DNA from: Verrucomicrobiaceae bacterium
GTDB taxonomy: Bacteria; Verrucomicrobiota; Verrucomicrobiia; Verrucomicrobiales; Akkermansiaceae
Assembly (NCBI GenBank): GCA_051252135.1
Contig: JBPOGH010000002.1
Location: 160,001 to 224,000 of the forward strand
Length of the DNA stretch: 64,000 nt
Direction: 5' to 3'
Both the position numbers and the translations under genes were made by a program. The notes beneath the pieces were generated by a model, which saw nothing but the letters and a program-made list of their open reading frames with translations, was not told the DNA's origin and made no database searches. This document shows positions 18,934-27,615 of this stretch, in pieces. How positions within the stretch are numbered: the stretch's first letter is position 1; each line of letters opens with the position of its first letter.

Positions 18934-19896
18934 TTAGGGAAGGGAGACGGTCTGGCGGATGAAGGGGCCGAAATCGGGAGGGAGGGAGAGGGTGACTTTT
19001 TCGAGTCCGTCATTGAGAGGGGTGACGGTGATGGCTTCCGGATCGGGGGAGAAGGGGGCGAGGGCGTTGAGGGGGCCGGTTTGAAAGCCGCGGTCGATTC
19101 CGGTGGCCATTTGGAGGCGCTGGAAGGTGAAGGTGAAGCCGGTGGGGGAGGTGGCGAGGGTCTGGAGGGGGAGGTCGTTTTGGTCGGTGGGATTGGTGCC
19201 GGAGGAGAACTCGAGGAGGTTGTTGGCGCCGTCGAGGTCGGGGTCTTGATGAGGGCCGTCATTTCCGGAGGGGAGGTTTTGGGAGGCGGCCCAGGTGGAG
19301 AAGTCGGTGCCGGTGGGGGCGGATTGGACGGAGTTGATGAGGGCGTTGACGGAGGTGGCGTTTGAGAATTGTTCGTTATGGATGATTTGCCATTGGGGGT
19401 GGCTGGGGGATCCGGCGAGGCCGTTGAGGACGATGAGTCGTCGTCGATCGACGATGGGCCAGGGGGTGGCGGGTGCGCCACGGTAGTAGCCGAGGAGTTC
19501 GCGGGGGGTGGTGCGGTTTGCGGAGCCGTCGATGCCGTAGAGGTTGTAGCCGTTGGTGTTGGCGATGTCTCTGGTGTCGGTGTCACTGGAGCCGCCGGAG
19601 ATTTCGGTGGAGAGGAGGAGGGAGACGACAGGGATGCCGTTGGCATTGGTTCCACCGTTGTTGTTGAAGTGCGTGGCAATGTTGGACCCAACTTGTCGCG
19701 CTTCGGCTTTACAGGTACTTCACCAAGGGGTGAGGAGCATGAGGATGACGATTTTTCCTTCGTAGTCGGAGAGGCTGGCGGGTTGGAGGTTTCCGCCGTT
19801 GAAGAGGGCGAAATCTTGATTCGAAGAGACGCCGGTGGGTGGCGTTTGGGCGGAGGCGAGGGAGGCGGCGCAGAGGAAGAGGAGGAGTTTTTTCAT
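18934..19896 (-). CDS. Candidate selenoprotein: secreted TlpA/ResA-like thioredoxin-fold protein with UxxC motif (in-frame TGA at 19720-19722, codon 59) and C-terminal surface-protein domain, 320 aa
   Basis: Manual translation from ATG 19896: MKKLLLFLCAASLASAQ...SLSDYEGKIVILMLLTPW-U-STCKAEARQ...; the frame continues 261 further sense codons to TAA at 18934; absent from the ORF track. Confidence 0.8.
19666..19704 (-). promoter_or_regulatory. Putative bacterial SECIS stem-loop downstream of the in-frame UGA
   Basis: GAAG-C-GCG-ACAA-GUUG-[GGUC]-CAAC-A-UUG-CCA-CGC-A-CUUC; the apical loop starts with G, 31 nt after the UGA. Confidence 0.6.
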
Positions 19897-19901
19897 CTGT
19901 G

Positions 19902-20948
19902 TTAGAAGGTGAGGGAGTAGGCGAGGCGGGCGGCGGTCCAGTCGCGATCGCGGTAGAGGTTGGCGAAGAAGTCGTTGGTGGGGTCGACGGGGTCGTAGTT
20001 ATTTTGGAAGAGGGAGAGGCTGGCGCGGATGGCGTGGTCGCCATTTTGGTAGAGGGCGGAGAGTCCGAGTTCGTAGCTGCGGAGGCCGGGGGCGGCGGTG
20101 TTGAAGCCGGAGTTCTCGATCTCGCCGGAGTCGTCATAAATGCGGCCGGAGAGAGCGAGGGACCAGTGTTCGTTGAGCTCGTAGTCGAGAGTGATGCCGG
20201 TGTAGACGGACTCGAAGGAGGGGTTTTCCTTACCGGCTCCGAATTGGGCGCGGAGGGTGAGTTGGTCGGAGGCGGCGAAATTCCAGGAGGACTGGAGGAG
20301 GATGCGGGGGTCGCGTTGTGAGATATCGCTGTAGGTGAGAGAGGTTTCGGTTTTGAGGCGCGGGTTGAGGGATTCTTCCCAGCGGAGGCGGACGTTGTAG
20401 GAGCTGAGGAGGTCGGCGGAGGAGGAGCCGAAGGTCCAGCCGGGGGCGATGGAATCGCGGCCGTAGGAGAGGTCGAGGCCGAGGGTGCTTTCGAGGCGGG
20501 GGTTCCAGACGAGGCCGGTGTTGAGAGCCCAGCCGCCGGGGTCTGGGGAGAGGTATCCGGAGCCGGGGAAGTTGAAGGTCTGGCGGTAGTATTCGGCGAT
20601 CCAGATGGAACGGTAGTCGGCGAAGCCATCGTAGGCGCGGAGGCCGAGGGAGAGATTGAGGTCCGGGGAAATTTGGTTTCCGAGGGAGAGGTTGGTTTGC
20701 CAGGTTTCCCCGGAGAGGGATCGCAGGGTGCCGCCGAGGGTGGGGACGGGTTGGTAGAGGAGGGAGTAGTCGGTGCGTCCGAAGCCGCCGGAGAAGGACC
20801 AGTCGCCTTGTTCGAGCTCGTAGAAGACGGAGCCGGTCCAGATGTCGATATCGCTGGAGTAGAGGCCTTCGAACTCGGTATCGAGGGATTGGGTGCCTTG
20901 AGAGAAGGCGGGGAGGGTGAGCAGGGAGAGCAGGGCGGGGAAGCGCAT
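19902..20948 (-). CDS. Outer-membrane beta-barrel protein, DUF3570-like
   Basis: Signal peptide from ATG 20948, alternating amphipathic strands, C-terminal ARLAYSLTF (terminal Phe); follows a DUF4266-like gene. Confidence 0.65.
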   Translation of the reverse strand: MRFPALLSLLTLPAFSQGTQSLDTEFEGLYSSDIDIWTGSVFYELEQGDWSFSGGFGRTDYSLLYQPVPTLGGTLRSLSGETWQTNLSLGNQISPDLNLSLGLRAYDGFADYRSIWIAEYYRQTFNFPGSGYLSPDPGGWALNTGLVWNPRLESTLGLDLSYGRDSIAPGWTFGSSSADLLSSYNVRLRWEESLNPRLKTETSLTYSDISQRDPRILLQSSWNFAASDQLTLRAQFGAGKENPSFESVYTGITLDYELNEHWSLALSGRIYDDSGEIENSGFNTAAPGLRSYELGLSALYQNGDHAIRASLSLFQNNYDPVDPTNDFFANLYRDRDWTAARLAYSLTF

Positions 20949-20961
20949 CGATCTGTCGGGC

Positions 20962-21168
20962 TTAGTGGCAGGAGGAGCATCCACCGGCGGCGGAGGCGTT
21001 GGTGTGGGAGCGGCCTTTTTCGACCTGTGAGGTGAGGGCGCAGTCGGCAGAGAGGGCGCCGGTTTGGCCGAATGACATGGCCGGGCGGGAGAGTTGGGCC
21101 TGATCGCTGAGGGCGATGGGGCTGCAGGCCGGGGCGAGTAAAAGTGGGAGGAGCGCGAGGAACTTCAT
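20962..21168 (-). CDS. Small lipoprotein, DUF4266-like, ending in GGCSSCH
   Basis: Lipobox LAPA-C, QLSRPAMSF core and Gly/Cys-rich C-terminus resemble DUF4266. Confidence 0.7.
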   Translation of the reverse strand: MKFLALLPLLLAPACSPIALSDQAQLSRPAMSFGQTGALSADCALTSQVEKGRSHTNASAAGGCSSCH

Positions 21169-21358
21169 GCGTGCGTGGGAGGTGGGAGTCCGGATGATGA
21201 AGCTTATTCCGGAAAAATGCGATGCCGGGATTTGGGTCTAGCCGGAATGATGGCTTTGTTAGAGGGCGTCGTGGGTTTGGAGGAATTGGGGCGGATTCCT
21301 GCTGGATGAAAATATCGGGAGCCTTGAGTTCTAACGGAAATCAGGTCATGGTCGCAAC

Positions 21359-21390
21359 GATCTGTTTCGATTGTCAGATCTGTTTCGATT
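21359..21390. repeat. Perfect 14 bp direct repeat GATCTGTTTCGATT x2 (18 bp period) in a divergent intergenic region
   Basis: Copies at 21359-21372 and 21377-21390, ending 24 bp before ATG 21415. Confidence 0.8.
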
Positions 21391-21414
21391 TTCACCTTAC
21401 TTAGTTATTTAGCC

Positions 21415-23919
21415 ATGTCCCGTTCTCTATTGACTCGCGCTGTTCTTGCCACTGCGGTGGTTCCGTTTTTGATCACCAGTCAGGGTGCCTTTGGGCAGGT
21501 TGATGATTGGTTTTTTGACAAGGGGGTCACGTATCGTCAGAGCGCGGATAATACGCAGCCCACGGAGCCTCATGTTTGGAGTGTTGAGATCGGGGTGGCG
21601 ACCTTGAACCCCGGGGATGCCAGTTCCATCTCTGTTTCGGGAGGGGGAATCGTTGGGAGTCTTGCTCTTGAATTTTCAGACGGTGAGTGGGAGCTTTATG
21701 AGGAGTTTACCAGCGAGGCGGCGATGAATGGGACTTTCCCCAGTAGTGCATCCTACACCCTTACGTTGAGTGGCGGCACTCTTGGGACAATCACGCAGAG
21801 CTTCACTGTGGGGGCGGCGAGTTACCCCAATATTCCTTATCTCACCGGGATCGATTACAGTGCGAGCCAGAATGTTCAGGCTGCGTCGGGAAACACTTTT
21901 CATTGGAATGCTCCGGGAGCAAACGTAACGGGTCTTAGTCTGGAGGTCGAAGATCCGATCTCGGGTGGTGATGTGATCGAGTTCGAACACGAGAGTGCGC
22001 CATTTTCGACTTCGGAAACCATCTCCCCTGCGAATCTCAATTCCGGGTATGCCTATACTGGCTATCTCGTCTTTTTTAACACCAGCGAGGTCAGTGGAAG
22101 CGGCGGCTTTGGAGTTGAGGGTTATGTTGATCATACCAGCAGTCTTTCTTTTGATTTTCAAACTCTGCTCGCTTCGGCACCAGACGAGATTGTGGGGGCA
22201 TGGCAGTTTGGGGATGCGTCCGGGGAGGATTCGGGGTTGCTCGTATTTCAAGCGAACGGGACTTACTTCCATATTGAAGACCCTGCGCCGGGTTCGGATG
22301 GACAGGATGGGATGGAGATGGGGACTTATTCGTTGAGTGAGGCCGGAGGGCTCACGGTGAATGTGCTTGTGGATACGAACGGAGATATCGGGCTTTCCCA
22401 TCCGAATGGTTCCGATGTTTTTACGATCAGTGGCGATTCTCTCACGATCACTGATAATGATGAGTCATCGGTCCTGACACGGGTGGCATTTGATCCAGCT
22501 GATCCGATTGTGGGGGCGTGGCGTATCTGTGATAATGCGGGAGCGAATACGGGAGTTTTGGTTTTCTTGAATGATGGAAACTATTTCCATGCGGAGGTGA
22601 CCGATGGCGAATTCCCGAGTGGGATGGAGCGAGGAACCTACTCTTTGAACGAAGTGACAGGAGTGCTGACGGCTGCACCCGTCACCGATACCAATGGAGA
22701 GTCGGGACTTTCCGATCCCCTCATTGGTTACGACGAAGTGGCGATCACCGGGGTGGTTTCATTGAGGATTTCGGATGGGGAGGATTTCTTTCTTCACCGG
22801 GTGAGCAATGCTTCCGTGCTTCCCGATTGGCGGATCAACAAAGGCCGCACTTATACGCAGACCGTGGCTGACACGGCGCCAACTGCTACCAGATTTTGGG
22901 ATCTCTGGACTCTTGTGGAAACCCGCAATCCTTTGGATGCGGCAAACGTCACTATCAGTGGGGGCAACCTCGCGAGCCCGCGAGCATTGAATCATGAGGG
23001 AGAAGGCGAATGGACCTATGAGAAAGACTACGCCACACAAGCTGCTCTCAACGCGGAGTTTCCGGATGCTCAAAGCTACACGCTTATTGTCAGCGGTGGT
23101 GGATTGGGGACGCGGATTCAGACAATCAATATTGGGTCGGAGAACTTTCCTCCCGTTCCTTATCTTACGGGCACCAATTTCACAGACGCTCAAAATATCG
23201 ATTCATCCAGCGACTTCGACTTCATCTGGAATGCCCCTGAAAACTCAACCACCCAGCTTATTCTAACGAGCGAACCTGATGAAGAGGGCGTCGAGTATTT
23301 TGAACTTCGGGATTTTAGCGGAACCTCGACCGGAGTCACCGTAACCGGCGGTATCCTTTCTGCAGGGCTCAATGGATACGGTTATCTTGAGTTTTCCCGC
23401 AGCTCCGCGTCTGAGACCGGGTTGGGCGGTTTCGGTGTCAGCGGGTTCTCAGGTCGTCAGAGTATCACATCGGATTTCACCTTTGGGACTCTGGGAGGCG
23501 GGGTTGATTTCTCGGATGCTATTGGTACGTCCGGGCTCACGGGTGATGATGCCTTGCCTGAGGCGGTGCCGTTCAACGATGGGGTGTCCAATTTATTGAA
23601 GTTTGCTTTTGGAATGGATCTGACCTCTGCGGATAAGAGCAGTTTGACGCCGGGGACGGGGACTGCGGGGTTGCCGGTATTTGCGTTGGTTGATGACGGG
23701 GGCTCTCCGGTATTTGAACTGGAGTTCGTGCGTCGTATTGGCAGCGGGTTGCAGTATACGGCGCAGCGGTCGACTTCGCTCGATGGATTTTCAGATATGA
23801 CGGGGGCTGTGACGGTGACTCCGATCAATGGTGAGTTTGAGCGGGTGAAGGTCACCGAGCCGTGTGACCCGGCGGTTGTGCCGCGTTGTTTTGGGCGGGT
23901 GCTGGTGACGGCGCCCTAG
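21415..23919 (+). CDS. Secreted acidic hypothetical protein with internal A-B-B-A domain duplication
   Basis: Signal peptide; KGVTYRQS/KGRTYTQT...PYLTG pair; IVGAW...GME.GTYSL...DTNG..GLS pair; C-terminal DGVSNLLKFAFG domain. Confidence 0.8.
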   Translation: MSRSLLTRAVLATAVVPFLITSQGAFGQVDDWFFDKGVTYRQSADNTQPTEPHVWSVEIGVATLNPGDASSISVSGGGIVGSLALEFSDGEWELYEEFTSEAAMNGTFPSSASYTLTLSGGTLGTITQSFTVGAASYPNIPYLTGIDYSASQNVQAASGNTFHWNAPGANVTGLSLEVEDPISGGDVIEFEHESAPFSTSETISPANLNSGYAYTGYLVFFNTSEVSGSGGFGVEGYVDHTSSLSFDFQTLLASAPDEIVGAWQFGDASGEDSGLLVFQANGTYFHIEDPAPGSDGQDGMEMGTYSLSEAGGLTVNVLVDTNGDIGLSHPNGSDVFTISGDSLTITDNDESSVLTRVAFDPADPIVGAWRICDNAGANTGVLVFLNDGNYFHAEVTDGEFPSGMERGTYSLNEVTGVLTAAPVTDTNGESGLSDPLIGYDEVAITGVVSLRISDGEDFFLHRVSNASVLPDWRINKGRTYTQTVADTAPTATRFWDLWTLVETRNPLDAANVTISGGNLASPRALNHEGEGEWTYEKDYATQAALNAEFPDAQSYTLIVSGGGLGTRIQTINIGSENFPPVPYLTGTNFTDAQNIDSSSDFDFIWNAPENSTTQLILTSEPDEEGVEYFELRDFSGTSTGVTVTGGILSAGLNGYGYLEFSRSSASETGLGGFGVSGFSGRQSITSDFTFGTLGGGVDFSDAIGTSGLTGDDALPEAVPFNDGVSNLLKFAFGMDLTSADKSSLTPGTGTAGLPVFALVDDGGSPVFELEFVRRIGSGLQYTAQRSTSLDGFSDMTGAVTVTPINGEFERVKVTEPCDPAVVPRCFGRVLVTAP

Positions 23920-23945
23920 GTGGCGATTTGGAGAGAGCATGCGAA

Positions 23946-24012
23946 GGGAAGCGGCGGGGGCGCCGCGACTCCTTTACTTGGGCTCCGGTAGCGGGCGGGA
24001 CGCCCACTCTCC
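23946..24012. repeat. Two REP-like GC hairpins between convergent genes
   Basis: GCGGCGGGGGCGCCGCGACTCCTT and GCGGGCGGGACGCCCACTCTCCTT are similar to each other and palindromic. Confidence 0.45.
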
Positions 24013-26631
24013 TTAGTTGGCGACGATGTTGACGAGCTTGCCGGGGACGACGATGACTTTGCGGACGGTTTTTCCGTCGGTGTGGGTCTTGACGTTTTCC
24101 TCGGCGAGGGCGGTTTTTTCGGCGTCTTCTTTGGAGATGTCGGCGGGGACGTTGATGCGTGCGCGGAGCTTGCCGTTGACCTGGACGATGAGTTGGATCT
24201 CGGATTCTACGAGGAGGCTTTCATCGAGTTCGGGCCACTCCGCTTCGCTGAGTAAGTTTGAAGTGTTCAGTTTCAAGTTTGAAGTTGAGTCAGCGGCTTC
24301 GCCGGATTGGTGCAAGAGGCTATTAATTTCCTCGGCAATGTGAGGGGCGAAGGGGCTGAGGATCTTGAGGAAGGTGAGGAAGAGGTCCTTGGGGACTTCC
24401 TGGGCTGCGGTGTAGGCGTTAGTACACTCCATCATGGCGCTGATGGCGGTGTTGAAGCGGAGTGAGTTGATGGCTTCTTCGACGCGCTTGATGGTTTGGT
24501 GAGTCACCTTGGCGAGGTCGGCGTTTTGACCTTCGGTGATTTTTCCGCTGAGTTGCCATTGGCCTTCGGCGTCTTCCGAGCATGCGACGCGCCAGACTTT
24601 GGCGAGGAAGCGGTGGACGCCTTCGACGCCTTTCATGGCCCAGGGTTTGTCCTGGTCGAGAGGGCCCATGAACATTTCGTAGAGGCGGAGGGCGTCGGCG
24701 CCGTAGTTTTCGACGACGTCATCGGGGTTGACGACGTTGCCGAGGGACTTGGACATTTTCTGTCCGTCCTCGCCCATGATGAGGCCGGGGGCGAAGTATT
24801 TTTTGAAGGGCTCCTTGGACTTGAGGTGGCCGAGGTCGTTGAGGACTTTGTGCCAGAAGCGGGAGTAGAGGAGGTGGAGGACGGCGTGTTCTTTGCCGCC
24901 GACGTAGAAGTCGACGAAGCCGTCTTCGTTGCCCCAGTAGTCTTCGTTCTCGGGGGAGATGAAGTGGTCGGTGTTGTTGGGATCGCAGTAGCGGAGGTAA
25001 TACCAGCAGGAGCCGGCCCATTGGGGCATGGTGTTGGTCTCGCGCTGAAGTTTGTCGCTGTAGTTGATCCAGTCGGTGCAGTTGATGAGCGGGCCGCGGG
25101 GGTCGCCGGTGGGTTTGAAGTCCTCCATCTCGGGTTGGAGAAGGGGGAGTTCGGATTCGGGGACGGCGGAGTGTTGGCCGGTTTCCTTGTCCCAGAGGAG
25201 GGGGAAGGGTTCGCCCCAGTAGCGCTGGCGGGAGAAGAGCCAGTCGCGGAGTTTGAATTGGATTTTCTTTTCGCCTTTTCCTTCGGCCTCGAGCCACTGG
25301 ATGATCTTCTTTTTGGCGTCCTTGGTTTTGAGACCGTCGAGGAAGCCGGAGTTGATTGCGGTGCCGGGATCGGTGTAGCCCTGCCAGTCCTGATCGCCAT
25401 TGGGCTGAACGACTTGAAGGATAGGGAGGTCGAATTTCTCGGCGAACTCGAAGTCGCGGGAGTCGTGTGCGGGAACGGCCATGATGGCTCCGCTGCCGTA
25501 GCCCATCATGACGTAGTCGGCGATCCAGACGGGGATTTTTTCGCCGTTGACGGGGTTGGTGGCGAAGGCTCCGGTGGGGACGCCGGTTTTGTCCTTATCG
25601 AGGCCGCGCTCCATGTCGGACTTGGAGGCGCAGGCCTTGATGTAGGCTTCAACGGCCTCCTTGTTTTCGGGAGTGGTGATGGTTTCGACGAGGGAATGCT
25701 CCGGTGCGAGGACCATGTAGGTGGCACCGAAGAGGGTGTCGGGTCGGGTGGTGAAAACGGTAACTTGAAACGGGTTGTAGCCGCCCTCACCGGAATTGTC
25801 GGAGGCCTCTCCGGGGATGATTTCAAAGGTGACTTCGGCGCCTTCACTGCGGCCGATCCAGTTGCGCTGGAGGGCCTTGATGGACTCGGGCCAGTCGAGG
25901 GGCTCGAGCTCGTCGATGAGGCGTTGGGCGTATTTGGTGATGCGGAGCATCCACTGGCGGAGGGGTCGGCGCTCGACGGTTTCGCCTTTGGCTTTCCATT
26001 CTTCGATTTCCTCGTTGGCGAGGACGGTGCCCATACTTGGGGACCAGTTGACGGGGGCTTCGTGGATGAAGGCGAGGCGGACGTCATCGATTTGAGCCTG
26101 GGTCCATCCTTTGGCTTCGAGCTCGGAGACGGGTTTGGCTTTTTGATCTTCGTCGCAGAAGTAGGAGTTGTAGAGCTGGAGGAAGATCCACTGGGTCCAG
26201 CGGACGTATTTGGGGTCGGTGGTGTTGACCTCGCGGTCCCAGTCGTAGCCGAAGCCGAGTTCCTGGAGTTGGCGGCGGAAGTTGTTGACGTTGGCCTCGG
26301 TGGTGACGCGCGGGTGTTGGCCGGTCTTGATGGCGTATTGTTCGGCGGGGAGTCCGAAGGCGTCCCAACCCATGGGGTGGAGGACGTTGAAGCCGTTCAT
26401 GCGCTTGTAGCGGCCGACGATATCGGTGGCGGTGTAGCCCTCGGGGTGGCCGACGTGGAGGCCGGCGCCGGAGGGGTAAGGGAACATGTCGAGGATGTAG
26501 TATTTGGGCTTGGACGCATCGAAGCCTTCCTCACCGGGACCGGGGGTGCGGTAGGTTTTGTTCTCGGCCCAGTGGGATTGCCATTTGGGCTCGAAGAGGT
26601 CGAAGGGGTAAGGCTTGCGTTTCTCGGACAT
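24013..26631 (-). CDS. leuS: Leucine--tRNA ligase
   Basis: [16 protein letters not shown] (HIGH), FTTRPDT editing domain, KMSKS, C-terminal [10 protein letters not shown]. Confidence 0.98.
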   Translation of the reverse strand: MSEKRKPYPFDLFEPKWQSHWAENKTYRTPGPGEEGFDASKPKYYILDMFPYPSGAGLHVGHPEGYTATDIVGRYKRMNGFNVLHPMGWDAFGLPAEQYAIKTGQHPRVTTEANVNNFRRQLQELGFGYDWDREVNTTDPKYVRWTQWIFLQLYNSYFCDEDQKAKPVSELEAKGWTQAQIDDVRLAFIHEAPVNWSPSMGTVLANEEIEEWKAKGETVERRPLRQWMLRITKYAQRLIDELEPLDWPESIKALQRNWIGRSEGAEVTFEIIPGEASDNSGEGGYNPFQVTVFTTRPDTLFGATYMVLAPEHSLVETITTPENKEAVEAYIKACASKSDMERGLDKDKTGVPTGAFATNPVNGEKIPVWIADYVMMGYGSGAIMAVPAHDSRDFEFAEKFDLPILQVVQPNGDQDWQGYTDPGTAINSGFLDGLKTKDAKKKIIQWLEAEGKGEKKIQFKLRDWLFSRQRYWGEPFPLLWDKETGQHSAVPESELPLLQPEMEDFKPTGDPRGPLINCTDWINYSDKLQRETNTMPQWAGSCWYYLRYCDPNNTDHFISPENEDYWGNEDGFVDFYVGGKEHAVLHLLYSRFWHKVLNDLGHLKSKEPFKKYFAPGLIMGEDGQKMSKSLGNVVNPDDVVENYGADALRLYEMFMGPLDQDKPWAMKGVEGVHRFLAKVWRVACSEDAEGQWQLSGKITEGQNADLAKVTHQTIKRVEEAINSLRFNTAISAMMECTNAYTAAQEVPKDLFLTFLKILSPFAPHIAEEINSLLHQSGEAADSTSNLKLNTSNLLSEAEWPELDESLLVESEIQLIVQVNGKLRARINVPADISKEDAEKTALAEENVKTHTDGKTVRKVIVVPGKLVNIVAN

Positions 26632-26712
26632 GATGTTGGGCGGGAGGGAAGCGTGTAATGGTGGGAAAAACACGCAAAAAATGAGGAGGGGAGGTGGAGG
26701 GGGGAGGAGGAA

Positions 26713-26747
26713 AACCGCAGATGGACAGGATGAAGGGGATGGCTTGG
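26713..26747. repeat. 35 bp dispersed repeat, copy 1
   Basis: AACCGCAGATGGACAGGATGAAGGGGATGGCTTGG; 31/35 identical to 36226-36260. Confidence 0.7.
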
Positions 26748-26907
26748 TTGAGGGGGGAGGAACACGAATCTTGCGAATGGGGCGAATCTTGGGTTGGGGG
26801 GGCTTGGTTGGTCAGTTCGGCTGAAGTCTACACTACGAACCGGGGGCTTGGCTCGGGGAGAATTAATTGCTGCACAAAGTGGGGGCTGGAGACGTATTCT
26901 TGTAACG

Positions 26908-27615
26908 ATGAGATTTTTATTCCCTTTGGTGTTGGCGCTGGCCTGTCCGTTCGCGGTTGTTGCGGAGGAGAAATTGATCTTTGAGGATGATTTTGAGCGG
27001 AGCGAGTCGGATGACTCGAAGGAGGAGATCGGGAAGGGTTGGGTGTCCAACAGTGCGAAGCGGGCGAAGGGGAACAAGCAGGTGGATTTGAAGGACGGGG
27101 CGTTGCACATCACGTTTCACCCCGAGGCGGATCATGCGGTGTCGGTGGTGCAGAAAGTGGCTTTTCAGGATGGGAAGGTGACGCTGCGGTTTCAGCTGCC
27201 GGCGGAGGGGGACAGCCTGGGGCTGAACTTTGCGGATATGGCTTTCAAGGAAGTGCATGCGGGTCACCTTTGCATGACGAAGATCAGCACGAAGGAGGTA
27301 CAGATTCAGGATATGAAGACGGGGGTGATGGCGAATGCGATGCGCAAGGCGCGGCAGGACGGGACGATTACGCCGGAGCAGCAGAAGGTGCTGAAGACGA
27401 AAGTGAAGAAGTTTAAGAATAAGCTGGAGGCGGGGAAGTGGTATGCGCTTGAAGTGAGGATCGAGGGCGAGACGATGGCGGTGGCGATTGACGGCAAGGA
27501 AGTGGCTTCCTTTACCTCGGAGGGGATTGGGCATACGACGAAGAGTGCGCTGCGGGTGGCGGTGCCGAAGAAGGTGGTGATTGATGATTTGAAAATTTAT
27601 TCCCTGAGCAAGTGA
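26908..27615 (+). CDS. Secreted hypothetical protein, ConA/jellyroll-like
   Basis: Signal peptide, LIFEDDFER, GKWYALEVRIEGETMAVAIDG, IDDLKIY. Confidence 0.7.
   Translation: MRFLFPLVLALACPFAVVAEEKLIFEDDFERSESDDSKEEIGKGWVSNSAKRAKGNKQVDLKDGALHITFHPEADHAVSVVQKVAFQDGKVTLRFQLPAEGDSLGLNFADMAFKEVHAGHLCMTKISTKEVQIQDMKTGVMANAMRKARQDGTITPEQQKVLKTKVKKFKNKLEAGKWYALEVRIEGETMAVAIDGKEVASFTSEGIGHTTKSALRVAVPKKVVIDDLKIYSLSK

Noticed and set aside
18891..19905. Track ORFs 18891..19691 (-), 19369..19905 (+) and 19081..19365 (+)
   Set aside because: Pro/Ser/Thr- or Gly/Val-rich shadow frames; the real gene is the TGA-containing frame 19896..18934.
24496..26658. 720-aa + strand ORF antisense to leuS (also 32032..33291, 56470..57876, 28023..29501 and similar)
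   Set aside because: Mirror ORFs caused by biased third-codon positions of real genes on the other strand; no recognisable motifs.
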